From: Paraspadella gotoi
Taxonomy: Eukaryota; Animalia; Chaetognatha
Assembly (NCBI GenBank): GCA_051294375.1
Contig: CM119271.1
Span: forward strand, 13,764,372 to 13,828,371
Direction of reading: 5' to 3'
Length of the DNA: 64,000 bases
The position numbers were made by a program, and so were the translations under genes. Shown here in pieces: positions 12,291 to 25,257 of the stretch. Positions within the stretch are counted from its first letter, which is position 1; each line of letters begins with the position of its first letter. The notes beneath the pieces were generated by a model. The model had not been told where the DNA came from, searched no databases, and saw only the letters and a program-made list of their open reading frames with translations.

Positions 12291-15200
12291 TAAGTTATTA
12301 TAATATTAAAGTCAGGTCATGGTATAGTATCTGTTTAGTGGAAATCATTTAGTGGTGAAAGAATGTAAATTGTTACTAAAGAGAATTTTGAGGTGTAAAG
12401 AACGAAAATCGTCACCTTCGTTATCCACATAATTTATGGTAATCATTCGTGGTGAAGAACGAAAAGTCGTCATTGTCGTCGTATTTAGGAGAAATCATTT
12501 TGTGGTGAAGGAACGAATGAACTAAGATGGTGTCAAAAAAAAAAAAGATTCATGGTCATTTAAGAAATTTTTCGGGGTGAAGAAAGAAAATATGCAGGTT
12601 GCAGCATGAGCAGTCTTCTGCACGTATTTGAGGTGTGTAGAACGAAGTCTCGTCATCTGGAATGAATTGGAATGCGGACTCTTCAAATATAGGCAGTATT
12701 AGTAATTTTGTAAGTAAAAGTGCAAGTATTTGAGGAAGTTTCTGTTACACTCTTTGGTATTCAGGGTTTTGACTTTAAACTTGGTTTTAATTGATTTCAG
12801 TCATCGTTAAACGCACAATTTATTTTAGTTATAAAATTATTTAAATTAATAACGATTTAGTATTTAGCATAACATTGTTTAAATAATTTTTGTTATGAAA
12901 TTAAAAATAAGATGGTAAATGAAGAAAGTCAACTTTCTACCAATAAGTTAATTTAGTTTTAAAAAATTACAGCAACCTATTTTTTTGTTCAGTTTTATCC
13001 TTTTAAATAAAATTTTAAACTGGTGAATTTTTAGGCGGATCTGTTTACAGCAGATTCCAAATCCATAATGCACTTTATCAGTCCTTCGATAGGATAGGGT
13101 AGGAAAGTGTGTGATTGATTTGAATAAAGAAATTATTAAGTGAAAATGACTAAATAGAAAAACTATTTTCTAGCCAATAACAATGTTATAAATTCTTATA
13201 TATTATATATAATATATAGTATAAATAGTATATATAGTATAAATCCCTGTCTACTTTTTTAAATAATATTATTAAAAGTTTTAATTAAAGAATATAGAAT
13301 ATAACACCAATTGTGGATTAAAATATTTTAAGCAAGTTTTAAGTCGGAACCCTTTTGCCTTATTTGTTGCCAGTCCTTTCAGAATCCCAACTCGTCAGTG
13401 CCAAAATGCCAAACTTTAAAATGACCACAGCTAAAAAAAAATTCGAATAATTTATGGTGCAGAACGTTTATCTTTGAACAAGAATAAAGGATTAGACAAA
13501 TAAAAATAATCGCAGGTGCTGAATGAATTTTTCTATTTAAAGAAATGCAGTTATTGGAGGTGCGGAACGTTTTGGGACAAAGTTGATTAAATGATAGAAG
13601 TAATTGAAGGTGAAGATCGTTTGAGGAGTGTGACCAGTAGAGCATTTAAAAATAACAAAATAAACAAATCGAATAAGATACATAGTAGACACATTTGAAT
13701 CCGACAAAGTTTTAATTAGATAACCAGTATGGGTGTCATTCTGTTCGTTTTTCCAAGCTCTTTTTAACTAAAAAAGTTTCATTTAAAAAAAAAAACTTTT
13801 TCGCGCGAGCCAGGGGTGTTGAAGAGTCAAAATATGGAAATTCACCATTTTTTAGTATTTTTTACCCTTTTCCAGTTAATTTTTTTAATATAATAATCTT
13901 TAATCAAGTTAATTACTCCTGATAATGATTTTAATTTATCCTATATAACTGTTTTTAAAACCATTCATTAAAAAAATATTAGTTTTTAGCTTAAGCCAAG
14001 GGTGTTGAAAAGCTAAAATGTTTAAATATTTTTTTTTTAATATTTATAAATTATAATTTATTATTTTTTTAAAGATAACTTATTTTAATTATGGTAATGA
14101 AAATATTTGATATCTTTAAATGCTATGAGGCGACTTACCACAGCTTTAAGTTAATCAATTAATTTAATAATGTTTTTTAAAACTGAAAACCCTAAAAACT
14201 TCTATGATCCAAAGCAATTAATTTTAATTTTTAATCACAAAATATAATTGTTATAAGATAAAATTATTTAAATAATATTCGGATATTACTATAAAAAAAT
14301 GTTTACTTTATACTATATAAATATAATTATATTTATATTATAAATATAATTTTATTTAAAAAATAATTTAAAAAATGATATCTGAATATAAATTTTGTAC
14401 GGATAAGAGTAATAGTTTGGTTTAACTCTATATACAAATACTTTGTTATTTAATAAAATAATTTTTCTTTAATATACAATAATTTTTAAAAAAATAATTG
14501 TTTTTTACTTTTTTCATTAAATAACTGTTTAATAAAGTTTTGTTTTTCTCACTAAATCTAAAAACACAAGGAAAAGAAAGTTATCATTTATAAAAGATTA
14601 ATTAAAAATAACTACCTATTATAGTCCGATTCATGTATTTAAATTAATTCATAAATTCATTTAAATACTATTTTAATATATAATAATATTGTTAATTGTT
14701 AATTAATTTACTTTAGCAAATTATTAACATTGTGTTGAACTTGTTTATTGCATTTTTAGATTTATAAAAAAAATTTTATGTTAATAAAAAAATTTAATAA
14801 ATTTGTTAACAATTTTATTTTTATCATTGTTAACAAATTCATTAATTTTCTTTGCAATCTCAAAAAACAACAAAAATGAAAGGATCAAACAATGAATATG
14901 TTAACAAATATTTTTTTAATGAAAAAAAGTTTTTCTAAAGTCTAAATTAAAATTTTTAATTAAAATATAAATAATTTCTATCCTAGCATCCCACGTAAGT
15001 CCTTCCCCTAGCCATAACCTCCGCTTTGTATCCAAGGCCAAGCATGAACCTTGAACCTATCATCGCCCATAAAACTTTTCCCATCTGTAACTTTCCAGTT
15101 GGGTATAACTACAACAACCTTGTTGATCATAATGCTCACCTTTACTTATTCAACCTAAATTACAATTACCTCAAATGTTAAAACTAAACACTGACCCTTA

Positions 15201-15344
15201 ACCTAATTTTGCTAAAATTGCCAGTTCATTAACAAAATTATTATTTTCTATGCGATATTGCAAAAAATCTGGATAGTGGATATCATTTGAATAATTATAT
15301 CTTTGTTGTAACAATTTCATTATATGATTATATGATAATCCTTT

Positions 15345-15470
15345 CTTTTTCGTTGTAAATGATTTAGAGAACGCTGAAGAAGGCTTGAATGCTAAAGCCG
15401 AAACATGTCTGTTTATCATTAAAAAAACAAATTTCGTTGAAGACTAATAAAAACTTTTTTTCTCTAAATT
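15345..15470 (+). mobile_element. Penelope-like fragment with hammerhead core
   Basis: CTGAAGA-AGGCTT-gaatgct-AAAGCC-GAAA-CATG at about 15374-15407. Confidence 0.6.
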
Positions 15471-15730
15471 ATATGATTAAAAAATTTTATGAATTGCTTT
15501 GTTTTAAGATGATCTTTAAAAAAACTTTTTTAAAATACAGTACACAATAGTTTTAATGCTTTAATTATAAAAAAATTAATTAATCTAAGTTAATTAACTT
15601 AAAAAACCATTTAAATTTTCAAATATTTTTATTATCATGATTAAAATATGTAATCCTTAAAAAATAATAATTATTATTTGAAATATTAAAAAAGACAATT
15701 AAAATTTTAGCTCTTTAACACCCCTGGTTC

Positions 15731-16123
15731 TAGTTGGTTGGCGACTTCGCCATGGCGATATCGCAGGGCTTTGGCGATGTCGCCAGTCCCCCACTGGCGA
15801 CCTCGCCAGTGATAAAAGTAGCGAATATAATGAAAAGCCAGCTAACACGGGATGAACATCACTTCAGGCTCCTCTCCCACCCCTAACCTAAACCAAACCT
15901 CCCGTTCAACTCTGTGCCTCTCCCCTAACCCGGCCTGGCCTCCCGTACATCTCCATGCCTCAACCCTAACCTAACCGCCTTTGATGCATCAACCACGGCC
16001 CTCCCCAACCCTATACCCTAAACCAAACTCCCGTTCAACTCTGTGCTCTCCCCAACAACTAGAACCACACCTGCGACTCGTGCGTGAATCGCCGCGACAT
16101 CGCATTTGAATGAACTACAACTT
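15731..16123. mobile_element. Short interspersed element with CCTAA-like tract (Helentron/HINE-like)
   Basis: GC-rich GGCGA/TCGCC subrepeats and CCTAAC tracts. Its 3' end nearly matches positions 1-66 of the window. Confidence 0.5.
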
Positions 16124-17568
16124 AGGCTTAAGCCCTAAACTAATATTTTTTGTGAATGAATTTTTAAAATAGTTAAATATAATAATTTAAAAGCATTATC
16201 ATTAGTAATTAACTTGATTAATGATAATTATATTAATAAAATTACTGAAAAAAGCTAAAAAATACTCATAAAAGGTGAAATTCCATATTTTTTGGCTCTT
16301 TAACACCCCTGGCTCGGGCGAAAAAGTTTTTTTTTTAAATAAAACTTTTTTAGTTAAAAAGAGCTTGGAAAAACGAACAGAATGACACCGAGACTGGTTG
16401 TTTATTTAAAACATTGTCGGATTCAAATGTGTCTAATACATAGCTATTATAGTGTAATCAAGTCTGTAGAATTCGATGTTGATTTTTTTTTCTTTTATAG
16501 TTTCATCTTCTTTTGCAGCATATAAGGTACTATTCAAACGGTGCAACGGTATAAGAAACTCAAATTATTAAAATTTTATAAAAGCCATATTTAGCTTACA
16601 TAATATGAAAATAAAGACCCATATAAATATTTTGGTAAGTTTATTTCCATTTTTTTTATTTTATTAAATGTTTGTTAGCTATATTTATCAATAAATAATA
16701 ATATAAAATAGGTTAAAGTGAAAAAAATTTAAAAAATTAAATTTTAAAACCGAATTTGAAATTTTTACAAAAAGTTGATTTAAAAAAGTATAATCCAATT
16801 TCTTTCATTAAGTAGGTTAAAAACATCAAACTATTATTTTTGTTTAATTTTTTAATTTTTGTTTTAAAATTCTAGTTTTTCCAAATTTTGACTAACTTAA
16901 TGACATAATTTTTATATAAAAATTATATTTTCTTATATAAACTTTTTGTAAGGAATGCAAATCCAGGAATAAAATTTTGAAATTATTATTTTTTAACTTT
17001 GTATTATTTTCTCTCTTTTCGTTGCTAAGTGGTAATAAAAATCGTTGTATTGGCACTCAATAAACATTTCCTAATTTTTTTTAACTTTCACCAAATTTTT
17101 ATTCATAATTATTAATAAATATAGCTAACTAACTTTTTATAAAACATAAAATTTAAAAATAAACATAGAAAAATATTTTTATATTTCAAAAGCTCATATT
17201 GTAGAGAATTCGCGGTTAGCGTCGCCACCTAGCGCCTTATCCACAATATAAATTTTATAAAATTTTAATAATTTGATTTATCATAACTTATAATGGTTGT
17301 GCTATTTTATAACAATTTTATATACATTAAAAATCGTCATTTCCGAAAAGAAAGATAAAATTATACAAAAAAATGGTTATCACCATCGAATCCTACAAAC
17401 TTGTTTTCACTAAAATACCTATATGCCTTATTCAATTTTTTATTTTTTGTTATTTTTAAACGCCCGAGTGATCAGTCTATGAATATAAAGTAGAAAGAAT
17501 ATGAGGTGCTGAATGATTTTTAAAAACATTTTACTAAGTAAAAAGGAGAACAAAAAAAATAAAAATTA

Positions 17569-18344
17569 CAAGTACATCGTGACCATTCTGCTCGCTTGCT
17601 TATTGTTTATTTACCTACTTTTTAAGCTTTTTTTAAAAAAAAATAATTATAGGAAATAGTATTAATATTGATATTACCATAAAGCCCATTCCGATATAAT
17701 GACATACTTGCTAAATGAAAAATAAATTCTTTAGCTTAACTGGAATCATTTTATAAAAAAATATTATAAACTTAGGCGAGTTAATGTCTTTACAAATATT
17801 TAAATAATTTTGGAAAATATTTTTTTTTAATTTTTAAAATCTTTCAGGGAGAAATTCATTTTGGTTTGTACAACCAAAAAAATTTTTGTTTATTTTTTGT
17901 AATAAACTTAGTTGTACAAACCAAAAATAATTTATCCTTAAAATATTTTGAAATAATAATATAGGATTTAACATTAGGCTTAATTTATTTTATTGTTTAC
18001 TAAAATAAAATTCATTGCATTTCATTGCATCAAGCTTAACTTATAAGATTGTAAACAATTTTTTTTTAAAAATGATGAACATTCCTGCTACTGTTTTTTA
18101 AAAGATATCTTGTGATATCTTTATTAGCATAGATTTATCATAGTTAAAAAGAGCCATACATTTTGGTTAATTAATTTTCACTATTAATTTATTTATTTTT
18201 TCTCACTCGTTATAAGGTCAAAACAAAATTGAGTGAAATGATATAGATTTCATTTTTCAATGAAAAAATGTAAAAATCTTAAAAGATTTATTTAAATAGT
18301 CGAATTTCTTTAGCAGCGGTTCTCAAATGGTCGCCATGTACTTG
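17569..18344. mobile_element. MITE, TA TSD, inserted just before an array motif
   Basis: CAAGTACATCGTGACCATT / AATGGTCGCCATGTACTTG with TA flanks. Confidence 0.8.
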
Positions 18345-18721
18345 TAGGTGCTGAACGAGCAAGCATAGAGAATTGACGGCCAATTATGAAGAACTTAATG
18401 TTGCAGAACGTTATCCAGATGTCCGTTATTATAAAAGTAAATAATCGTTGGTGAAGAATGTCTTTAAACACTTTTAACAGAGAGAGAGAGAGTTATGAGA
18501 GAGAAAAATGAGAAGAAATTGATGATGAAGAACGCCAAGTCGGTTGACAGCAAGAAGAAATAATAGGAGGTGCGGAATGTATAAAGATCAGTTGGAAACT
18601 TAAACTGATAAAGTCAATGAAGGTGCAGAATGTTTGATATATCGCTATAAACTCTTAACTAACAAAAATTTCAGTAGTAATAATTGAAGGTGATGAATGT
18701 TTCAACAAAGAGAGAGATATA

Positions 18722-19660
18722 CATGGTGACAATTTTACAAGCGCCGGTAAAAATACGCTGTCATTTGCAAACCAGTGGTTATTTCATTGATTTTAAAAAT
18801 TAGTTGAGTAGAACATATTAAAGTCATTTATGTGTTAAAAATTTATATTGATCAGTTAAGATATGCCTTGGCAATGAGTGGAGAAAGTTGCCTTGTAAAA
18901 TCGGGTTTCATTTTCCAACTCACTAGTTTTAAATTCAATTTTTTTTTCAACTTTTAGCTCTTTTTTAAACAAAGTATTTATTAAGATATTAACAATATTA
19001 ATATCCTCAGAAAGCCCTTAAAAAAATGAAGAGAATGATATACTTACGAAAGCTCTAACATAAAAATTAAGCTGCCTAGCCTTGGTTCAATTAAGAGAGC
19101 CAGAAATTAATTATTTAAAATTTTTAATCTTTTTTAAAAATATATGACCTGATTAAATTATTATAACATAAAATATTATTATTTATATAAGTATCATGAA
19201 AAAGCCTGAAAAAAGGAGATTTAAGAGAGCCAATCACAATTTGATAAAAATCTTAAATTTACCCTCCAGCTATTGATTTTTGAGTATCCTAATTAAATTA
19301 AAGCTGGGCCGGTTAAATTTTATACTACAGTATTTGCAAGTACGTCATTCTCTTTAGATTTGAAAGGGCTTTCAGAAGATAATAATATTAATATTATTTT
19401 ATTTTAAATTTCTTCAGAAAACTATATGAAAATAAGAAAAAAAAATTGATCTAAAAAAGTGAGTTAGAAAATGAAACCCGATTTTACAAGCCAACTTTCT
19501 CCACTCATTGCCAAGGCATATCTTAACTGATCAATATAAAATTTGAACTCATAAATGACTTTAATATGTTCTACTCAACTAATTTTTAAAATCAATGAAA
19601 TAACCACTGGTTTGCAAATGACAGCGAAGTTCTACTGGCGCTTGTAAAATTGTCACCATG
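18722..19660. mobile_element. MITE, long TIRs, TA TSD
   Basis: CATGGTGACAATTTTACAAGCGCC / GGCGCTTGTAAAATTGTCACCATG with TA flanks. Confidence 0.9.
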
Positions 19661-19920
19661 TAAGAGAGAAAAACGAGAAGAAATTATGATGAAGAACCTT
19701 AAGTCGGTTAACAGCAAGAAGAAATAATATGAGGTGCAGAATGTTTAAAGATCAGTTGGAAACTAAAACTGATGAAGTCAATGAAGGTGCAGAATGTTTG
19801 ATATTTCCACAAGAAAAAACAAATAAATGTTGGTGAAGAATGTTTTTAAACACTAGACAAAAAAAAATTCGGGAGTATAATAATAATTGAGGGTGATGAA
19901 CGTTTTAACAGAGAGAGATA

Positions 19921-20593
19921 CCCAGTGTCCGTTCGCGAGTGATACCAAAAAAATATGTACCATTTCTCATTAGATAAATTTTTTTCAAATTTTTTTCCCT
20001 CATTCTATAGCAAGGTACTGGACCTTTATTATATTTAAATTTCATAAGATTAATTTGATATTTACTTATGTAAAACAACCTTTCTTTAATTGTCATCCAA
20101 TTTTATCTTCAGTAAAAAACTTAATCTTTCAAAAAAAGAAAATCATTGAAAATTAATTACTCATTAACTACTAAAAATTATTAAAATATTATTGACACCA
20201 TTAGATTTAGAATTATCTCGAACTCCTTATGATATAAAATAATTATTCAAAACAGTCAAGAACATGCTCGCGACAACATTTTTTTATAATTTGATGAATT
20301 GTATAAAGATTTACAATTAAAAAAATAAATAAAAAAATATTACTCAGAAATTTCTTTTGATGTAAAATTTAAAAAAAAAATTAAATCAAGAACACGCCTA
20401 AAATGGTCTTTTTTCGCTAATTTTACTGAGTTAAAAAATTAAACAAAATAGTAAATGAATTAAATACGAAATCAAACTTATACATAAAAAACGTTCAGTA
20501 GTTTTCCAACTAATGATATACTTATGAATCATATTTATTAAATATTTAAGTATATTAAATATTTTTTTGGTGTCACTCGCAAACGGTCAAGGG
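19921..20593. mobile_element. MITE, TA TSD
   Basis: CCCAGTGTCCGTTCGCGAGTGATACCAAAAAAAT / ATTTTTTTGGTGTCACTCGCAAACGGTCAAGGG with TA flanks. Confidence 0.75.
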
Positions 20594-20644
20594 TATGAGA
20601 GAAAAAAAAAAGAAATTGCTGTTGAGAGCAAAAAGGGTTCCATT

Positions 20645-20842
20645 GGGTTTCCTCCCACACAGGATTCCTCCCTCACGGGGTTCCTCATGGAATTCCTCCT
20701 GCGTGAGAAGAATCCTGCGTGAGAGGAATCCCGTATGGGAGGAATCCCGTGTGAGAGGAATCCCGTGTGAGAGGAATCCCGTGTGGGAGGAATCCCATGG
20801 GGAGGAATCCCGTGTGGGAGAAATCCCGTGTGGGAGGAATAC
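20645..20842. repeat. Minisatellite, about 15-17 nt unit GTGGGAGGAATCCC(GT) with a short inverted arm
   Basis: Visible tandem copies of GAGGAATCCCGTGT. Confidence 0.85.
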
Positions 20843-21826
20843 CACAGCCACCAGCAAAAAGAAATAATTGGAGGTGCGGAATGTCTAAAGATCAGTTGGA
20901 AACTAAAACTGATGAAGTCACTGAAGATGCAGAATGTTTGATATATCCCATGTCCAAACGTTAATTATTAAATTTTTCAATAATGTTTTTATTTCATTTC
21001 GGTTTTATATATTTGTACTATTCTGAAATTTTTTTCTCAATAATTAAATTATTATTATATTATCAAAATATTAAAGGATAAACAAAAAAATGGTCAGGAT
21101 TTTTTTATTTATTAATAAAATCAGCGATTGGATTCTGGGTTGAACGAGAGAGAATTGAGCGAGAAATATTGAAAAAATTAATTGATAGTGAAGAATGTTA
21201 CTGGGGAACATGGTTATTTTAAAACTTAAGTTAAGAAGAATGTTAAATGTAAGTTAAGCAGATGCAGCAGTTAATAATCGAATTAAGGGTTGGCAAAAAA
21301 CCCTATTAAAAAAAAAAAAAAACAGCCCACTGGGTTTTTTGGGGTTTATCGTTTTTGGTTTTTTGTGGGGGGTAGAATTTTTTTTTTTAATTGTTGATGG
21401 CAGGCTATCATAAATCTTTCTACTTTTTGAATTATTAGATCAAACGTCTTTTTCTCAATTTAACTTGATAAAATGAAGTGAATTCTCTATTAGATTTATT
21501 TTTTAAATTTAGCTTTAATTTTTTAAATTATCATTAGGATAAAGCTAAGATTCATAATATATAAAATATACATATATAAAACCAAAAAATAAATATAAAT
21601 CTGATTTAAATTCAATTTATAAAAAAATATTATAAAATGTCTTGTAAGAGCAATCGAGGCTTTAACTCACCATTGCCTGTCTATAGTGAAGGGAAAGATA
21701 GCTTAATCAGTTAATTATAATTTTTAGGATTTCATATTGAAAGTCAGAATTAAATTAATTTTTTGGTTTTGTCAAACGCAACGAAAAGATGAGCTAGAAG
21801 AACAATATTAAGAGATTTAGAGATTA

Positions 21827-22296
21827 CAGAAGGCTTAAAATGACGTACACATTTTTGTGACCAGAACACGTTCCGAGAAAACTACTGGACCAATTTATCA
21901 AAATTTAGTATGAACGATCCCTATGTGAATACAAATGGAACTATCGAGGCGAATTTCAATATTGCATCTTCAAACTATGCTTAATTATTGAAAATTTTTC
22001 AATTTTAGTTTTAAAATGGTTTTTTATATGTTTAAACGTCAATGCACCTGATGCCACTAAAAAATTTCAAAAAATGAAAAAAAAAATTTTAGGTTTTTTG
22101 GGCCCCCAGGGGTCCACCCCCAGGACCCTGTATCTTTTGTCAGGGGTTGAATATTAAAATTCTCCTCAATTGTTCCATTTATATCGTCATTAGGACTCTA
22201 AATGTAAAATTTCATGAAATTCGATCAGCTAGTTTGGTAGGAACAGATTCTGGTCACAAAAAATGGGTACCTCATTTTATAATATGAAGCCTTCTG
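21827..22296. mobile_element. MITE, TA TSD
   Basis: CAGAAGGCTT...TTTTTGTGACCAGAA / TTCTGGTCACAAAAA...AAGCCTTCTG with TA flanks. Confidence 0.75.
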
Positions 22297-22938
22297 TATT
22301 CTTAAACTGTTTTCAGATATAAGAGTTTATAATTATGTTTAAATAAAAAAAAAATATTTAGAAGAACCTTAACCTTGTTTTAAATTTTAACAACAAAAAA
22401 TCAATGTTTTTATTTTGTAGTTCTTAATTCACGATAGATTACTAAGGTAATACGAAAGTATACTGATTTGAAATATATGAAACACTTTGTAATGATTATT
22501 TTTACTTATTACTTATTTTTATTATTGAAATGGCTTTACATTCGTGTATTTTTTGTGTAATAAATTTAATTCACATTTACTGATAAGAAGCAAAAATCTC
22601 AGTCGACGAATGTAACACTTTACCTAATATTAAATAAGTAATTTCAATTTATCTGGTTTTTTGTTTTCTTTTGGTATTTTTTTTTTAATGCTTACCCTGA
22701 TAAATGTAGAATGTAATGACAGCGAATTTCGGAAAAATACTGGATAGATTGTTGATGATTGTTACTAGGGAACATCAAACATTGCTTTAATCATTTTTTA
22801 TTCGCTGAAGGAATTAAAGAAACATAAATTACCAATATTATATTTATTAATTATTAATAATTAATAATAATTTTATTAACTAAATGGAGAGAAAGCATTT
22901 AGCGAATAAATTATGCTCAATCAATGTTAAAAGAAATA

Positions 22939-23487
22939 CAGGGACTTCAATCTGGAGCGATACAAAAAGACTTGATTAAACTCATAATTCTTTCATTCTA
23001 TATTTTTTTTATAATATTTATTATTTAAAGAACTATTTGACGTTTATGATGACCTAAAATTTTTTAAAAATTTCTTAATTGTATAATCAGTGGCTCTTAA
23101 GCGCAGAGTTACTTAATTTTTTTTGTCCAGGTTTTAACAGTTTTTAATAATTTAACAATTTTTAATGCTGATTGTGAAGTTATATGATATAAAATTTTTT
23201 TTTTTATAATAAAAAGTCAGTTTGGTAATTTATTATTATAAAATAATTTTTTATGTAAAACTTAACTTATTTACTATGGTAACATTCAACAAAATTATCT
23301 TTTATAATTTTTTTTTCTTCAAACTAAAATTTTTATTTTTAATAGATTTAAAGGGAAAACGTAATGATTATTATCAAATATTATTCATATTATGAAATTT
23401 TTGTTCTATTCTGGTTCCTGATTCATTTATTACATGTACAGTATTTTATTAATCATAAAAATGTATCACTCCAGATTGAAGTCCCTG
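22939..23487. mobile_element. MITE, TA TSD
   Basis: CAGGGACTTCAATCTGGAG / CTCCAGATTGAAGTCCCTG with TA flanks. Confidence 0.85.
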
Positions 23488-24116
23488 TACATTGCTACTT
23501 ATACGTCTTTCATACTCCATTTGCATTATGACAAAAATAAGACGTAGGGTACAGTTAACTGTCCTTTTTGACTGTATTAGTTCTTCGTAAATTTGTCTAG
23601 AAAAACAACCCAACCTTTTTTTCCCTCATTATTAGAAGAAAAAAAATTCCCTTGTCGTTTCTCGAGAAAAAATTGTTTTCTTAAATTTTATTTCCTGAAA
23701 TAAATGCAGTTGAATTTGTAACGATTTGTTTTCTCAGTTTATGAACTTACACAGTTCTTAAAAGGGAAAAAAAAAGTAAAACTCTTCGCCGGACGCTGAG
23801 CAGCGAAATTTGAAAAACGACTCGTTATTGGAAACGCTTCGCTTTATTTCTTTCCACCCCCTTTTCTCTCTCTCTCTCTCTCCCCGCGACGTCTGGACCG
23901 GCCGGTTGAAGTGGCGGTGTAACTCGCTTATCATTCCCTTTCCGCCCACGCCATCGCTCGAGACATCAGCGAGACGGCGTCGTATTTCTAAGTCAACGCC
24001 AGAGACACGGTCGCATCGTCTCATAAAAGTCGCGTTAACGACAAACCCTTTTTCTTTTCTTTCCTATTCCATCTCATCGTGTTAAACTAAAAAAACTTAC
24101 CAAAAAAAATTGAGAT

Positions 24117-25257
24117 ATGGCTGCGCGCGGCGCGAACGCTCGACCCAACGGGGCCGCCGGCGGACCCGGCAAAATTTGTCAGTTCAAACTGGTGCTGCTC
24201 GGAGAATCCGCCGTCGGAAAGTCGTCCCTCGTCCTGCGCTTCGTTAAAGGTACGTCAACAAGCCTTAAACTACATATTGTTTGAGTCTTGATTAAAAGCT
24301 TGGAAAGTACTTTAATGTTGTAAGAGGGCTGGAGGCCTAAACTCACCATACCCTGCCCAAAGTTATGGGCAAGATAGCTTATTTATTGAATGAATGGATA
24401 ATTTTTGTATCGGATGAACCAATTGTATAGAATGAATTATTATTACGTATTCATTAAGATTTCATGTTGCCCCGCCCACTTTCCACCTCCTCTCCTTATT
24501 AGGTCAATTCCACGAGTATCAAGAAAGCACCATCGGCGCCGCGTTCCTCACGCAGACGGTCTGCCTCGACGACACCACGGTCAAGTTTGAAATCTGGGAC
24601 ACGGCCGGACAGGAGCGGTATCACTCCCTGGCCCCCATGTACTACAGAGGAGCGCAGGTTTGAAGAAGTTGAAAATATATCAAAAAGTCAGTCCGCAGTT
24701 TGTGGAGAGGAAAGAGTCGGCCGTTATAATTGTTCCACCCTTCGTCCACAATCAGGCCGCCATTGTGGTTTACGACATTACCAAGGCCGACACCTTCGGC
24801 CGCGCCAAGGAGTGGGTGAAGGAACTTCAACGTCAGGCCTCTCCCAACATTGTCATCGCCCTCGCCGGCAACAAAGCTGACTTAGCGGGTGAGCTTTTGT
24901 GGAATCGGAAAATCCTTTTCGGGCGATTTATCCCCGGACATCAACAGACAATTTTTTTTTACCGTTTTTGAACCGTTAGTACTTACCAAGGGCCGAGTTG
25001 GCAGTTAACACTTACCCTCCCCCCCCCCCTCAGGCCAACGCGCGGTGGACTTCGAGGAGGCGTCGGCCTACGCGGAAGAGAACGGCCTCCTCTTCCTCGA
25101 GACTTCGGCGAAGACGGCGATGAACGTCAACGACATTTTCCTCGCCATCGCCAAGAAGCTGCCGAAGAACGACAAGCCGGCGGGCGGTCAAGCCGACGGC
25201 GGCGTCACCGTCACCGCGGGTCAAGGGACTAACGAGAAGACCGGCTGCTGCAAGTGA
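24117..25257 (+). CDS. RAB5: Ras-related protein Rab5 (exons 24117-24249, 24503-24657, 24756-24888, 25034-25257)
   Basis: [72 protein letters not shown] and C-terminal CCK. GT-AG introns keep the frame. Confidence 0.97.

Larger units (their letters stand above)
13686..16435. mobile_element. Nested hAT-like element, long TIRs
   Basis: TAGACACATTTGAATCCGACAA... / ...TTGTCGGATTCAAATGTGTCTA with a perfect 8-bp TSD ATACATAG. Confidence 0.85.
13638..17467. mobile_element. hAT-like non-autonomous element with nested insertions
   Basis: TIR TAGAGCATTTAAAAATAACAAAA / TTTTGTTATTTTTAAACGCCCGA and 8-bp TSD GTGACCAG/GTGATCAG. The empty site GAGTGACCAGTCTATG is at about 4102. Confidence 0.8.
2201..21245. 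other. Array A: same-orientation GGTG-N2/3-GAAYG motifs at about 45-60 nt spacing with unique spacers (interrupted by TEs)
   Basis: About 50 copies counted by eye, e.g. 2573, 2619, 2673, 2719, 2766, 2890, 2946; 3935, 3991, 4035, 4085, 4141; 5727, 5978, 6081, 6305, 6399, 6569; 12354-12632; 13456-13609; 17505; 18347-18689; 19733-19892; 20873. Confidence 0.8.

Noticed and set aside
13379-13645. Minus-strand leucine-rich-repeat coding explanation (motif can read V/I-L-H-L)
   Set aside because: Motif spacings (46, 47, 44, 50, 56) are mostly not multiples of three, the internal gap varies between 2 and 4 nt, stops are frequent and no consistent splice sites flank the units.
15880-16030. Interstitial telomere (CCTAA/CCCTAA-like; also about 44910-44990 and 45930-46040)
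   Set aside because: Degenerate, short and embedded in interspersed elements with defined ends.
2201-21245. Calling the motif arrays a true CRISPR array
   Set aside because: The conserved part is only 11-21 nt, degenerate and non-palindromic. Spacing varies, no cas genes are present and the context is eukaryotic.
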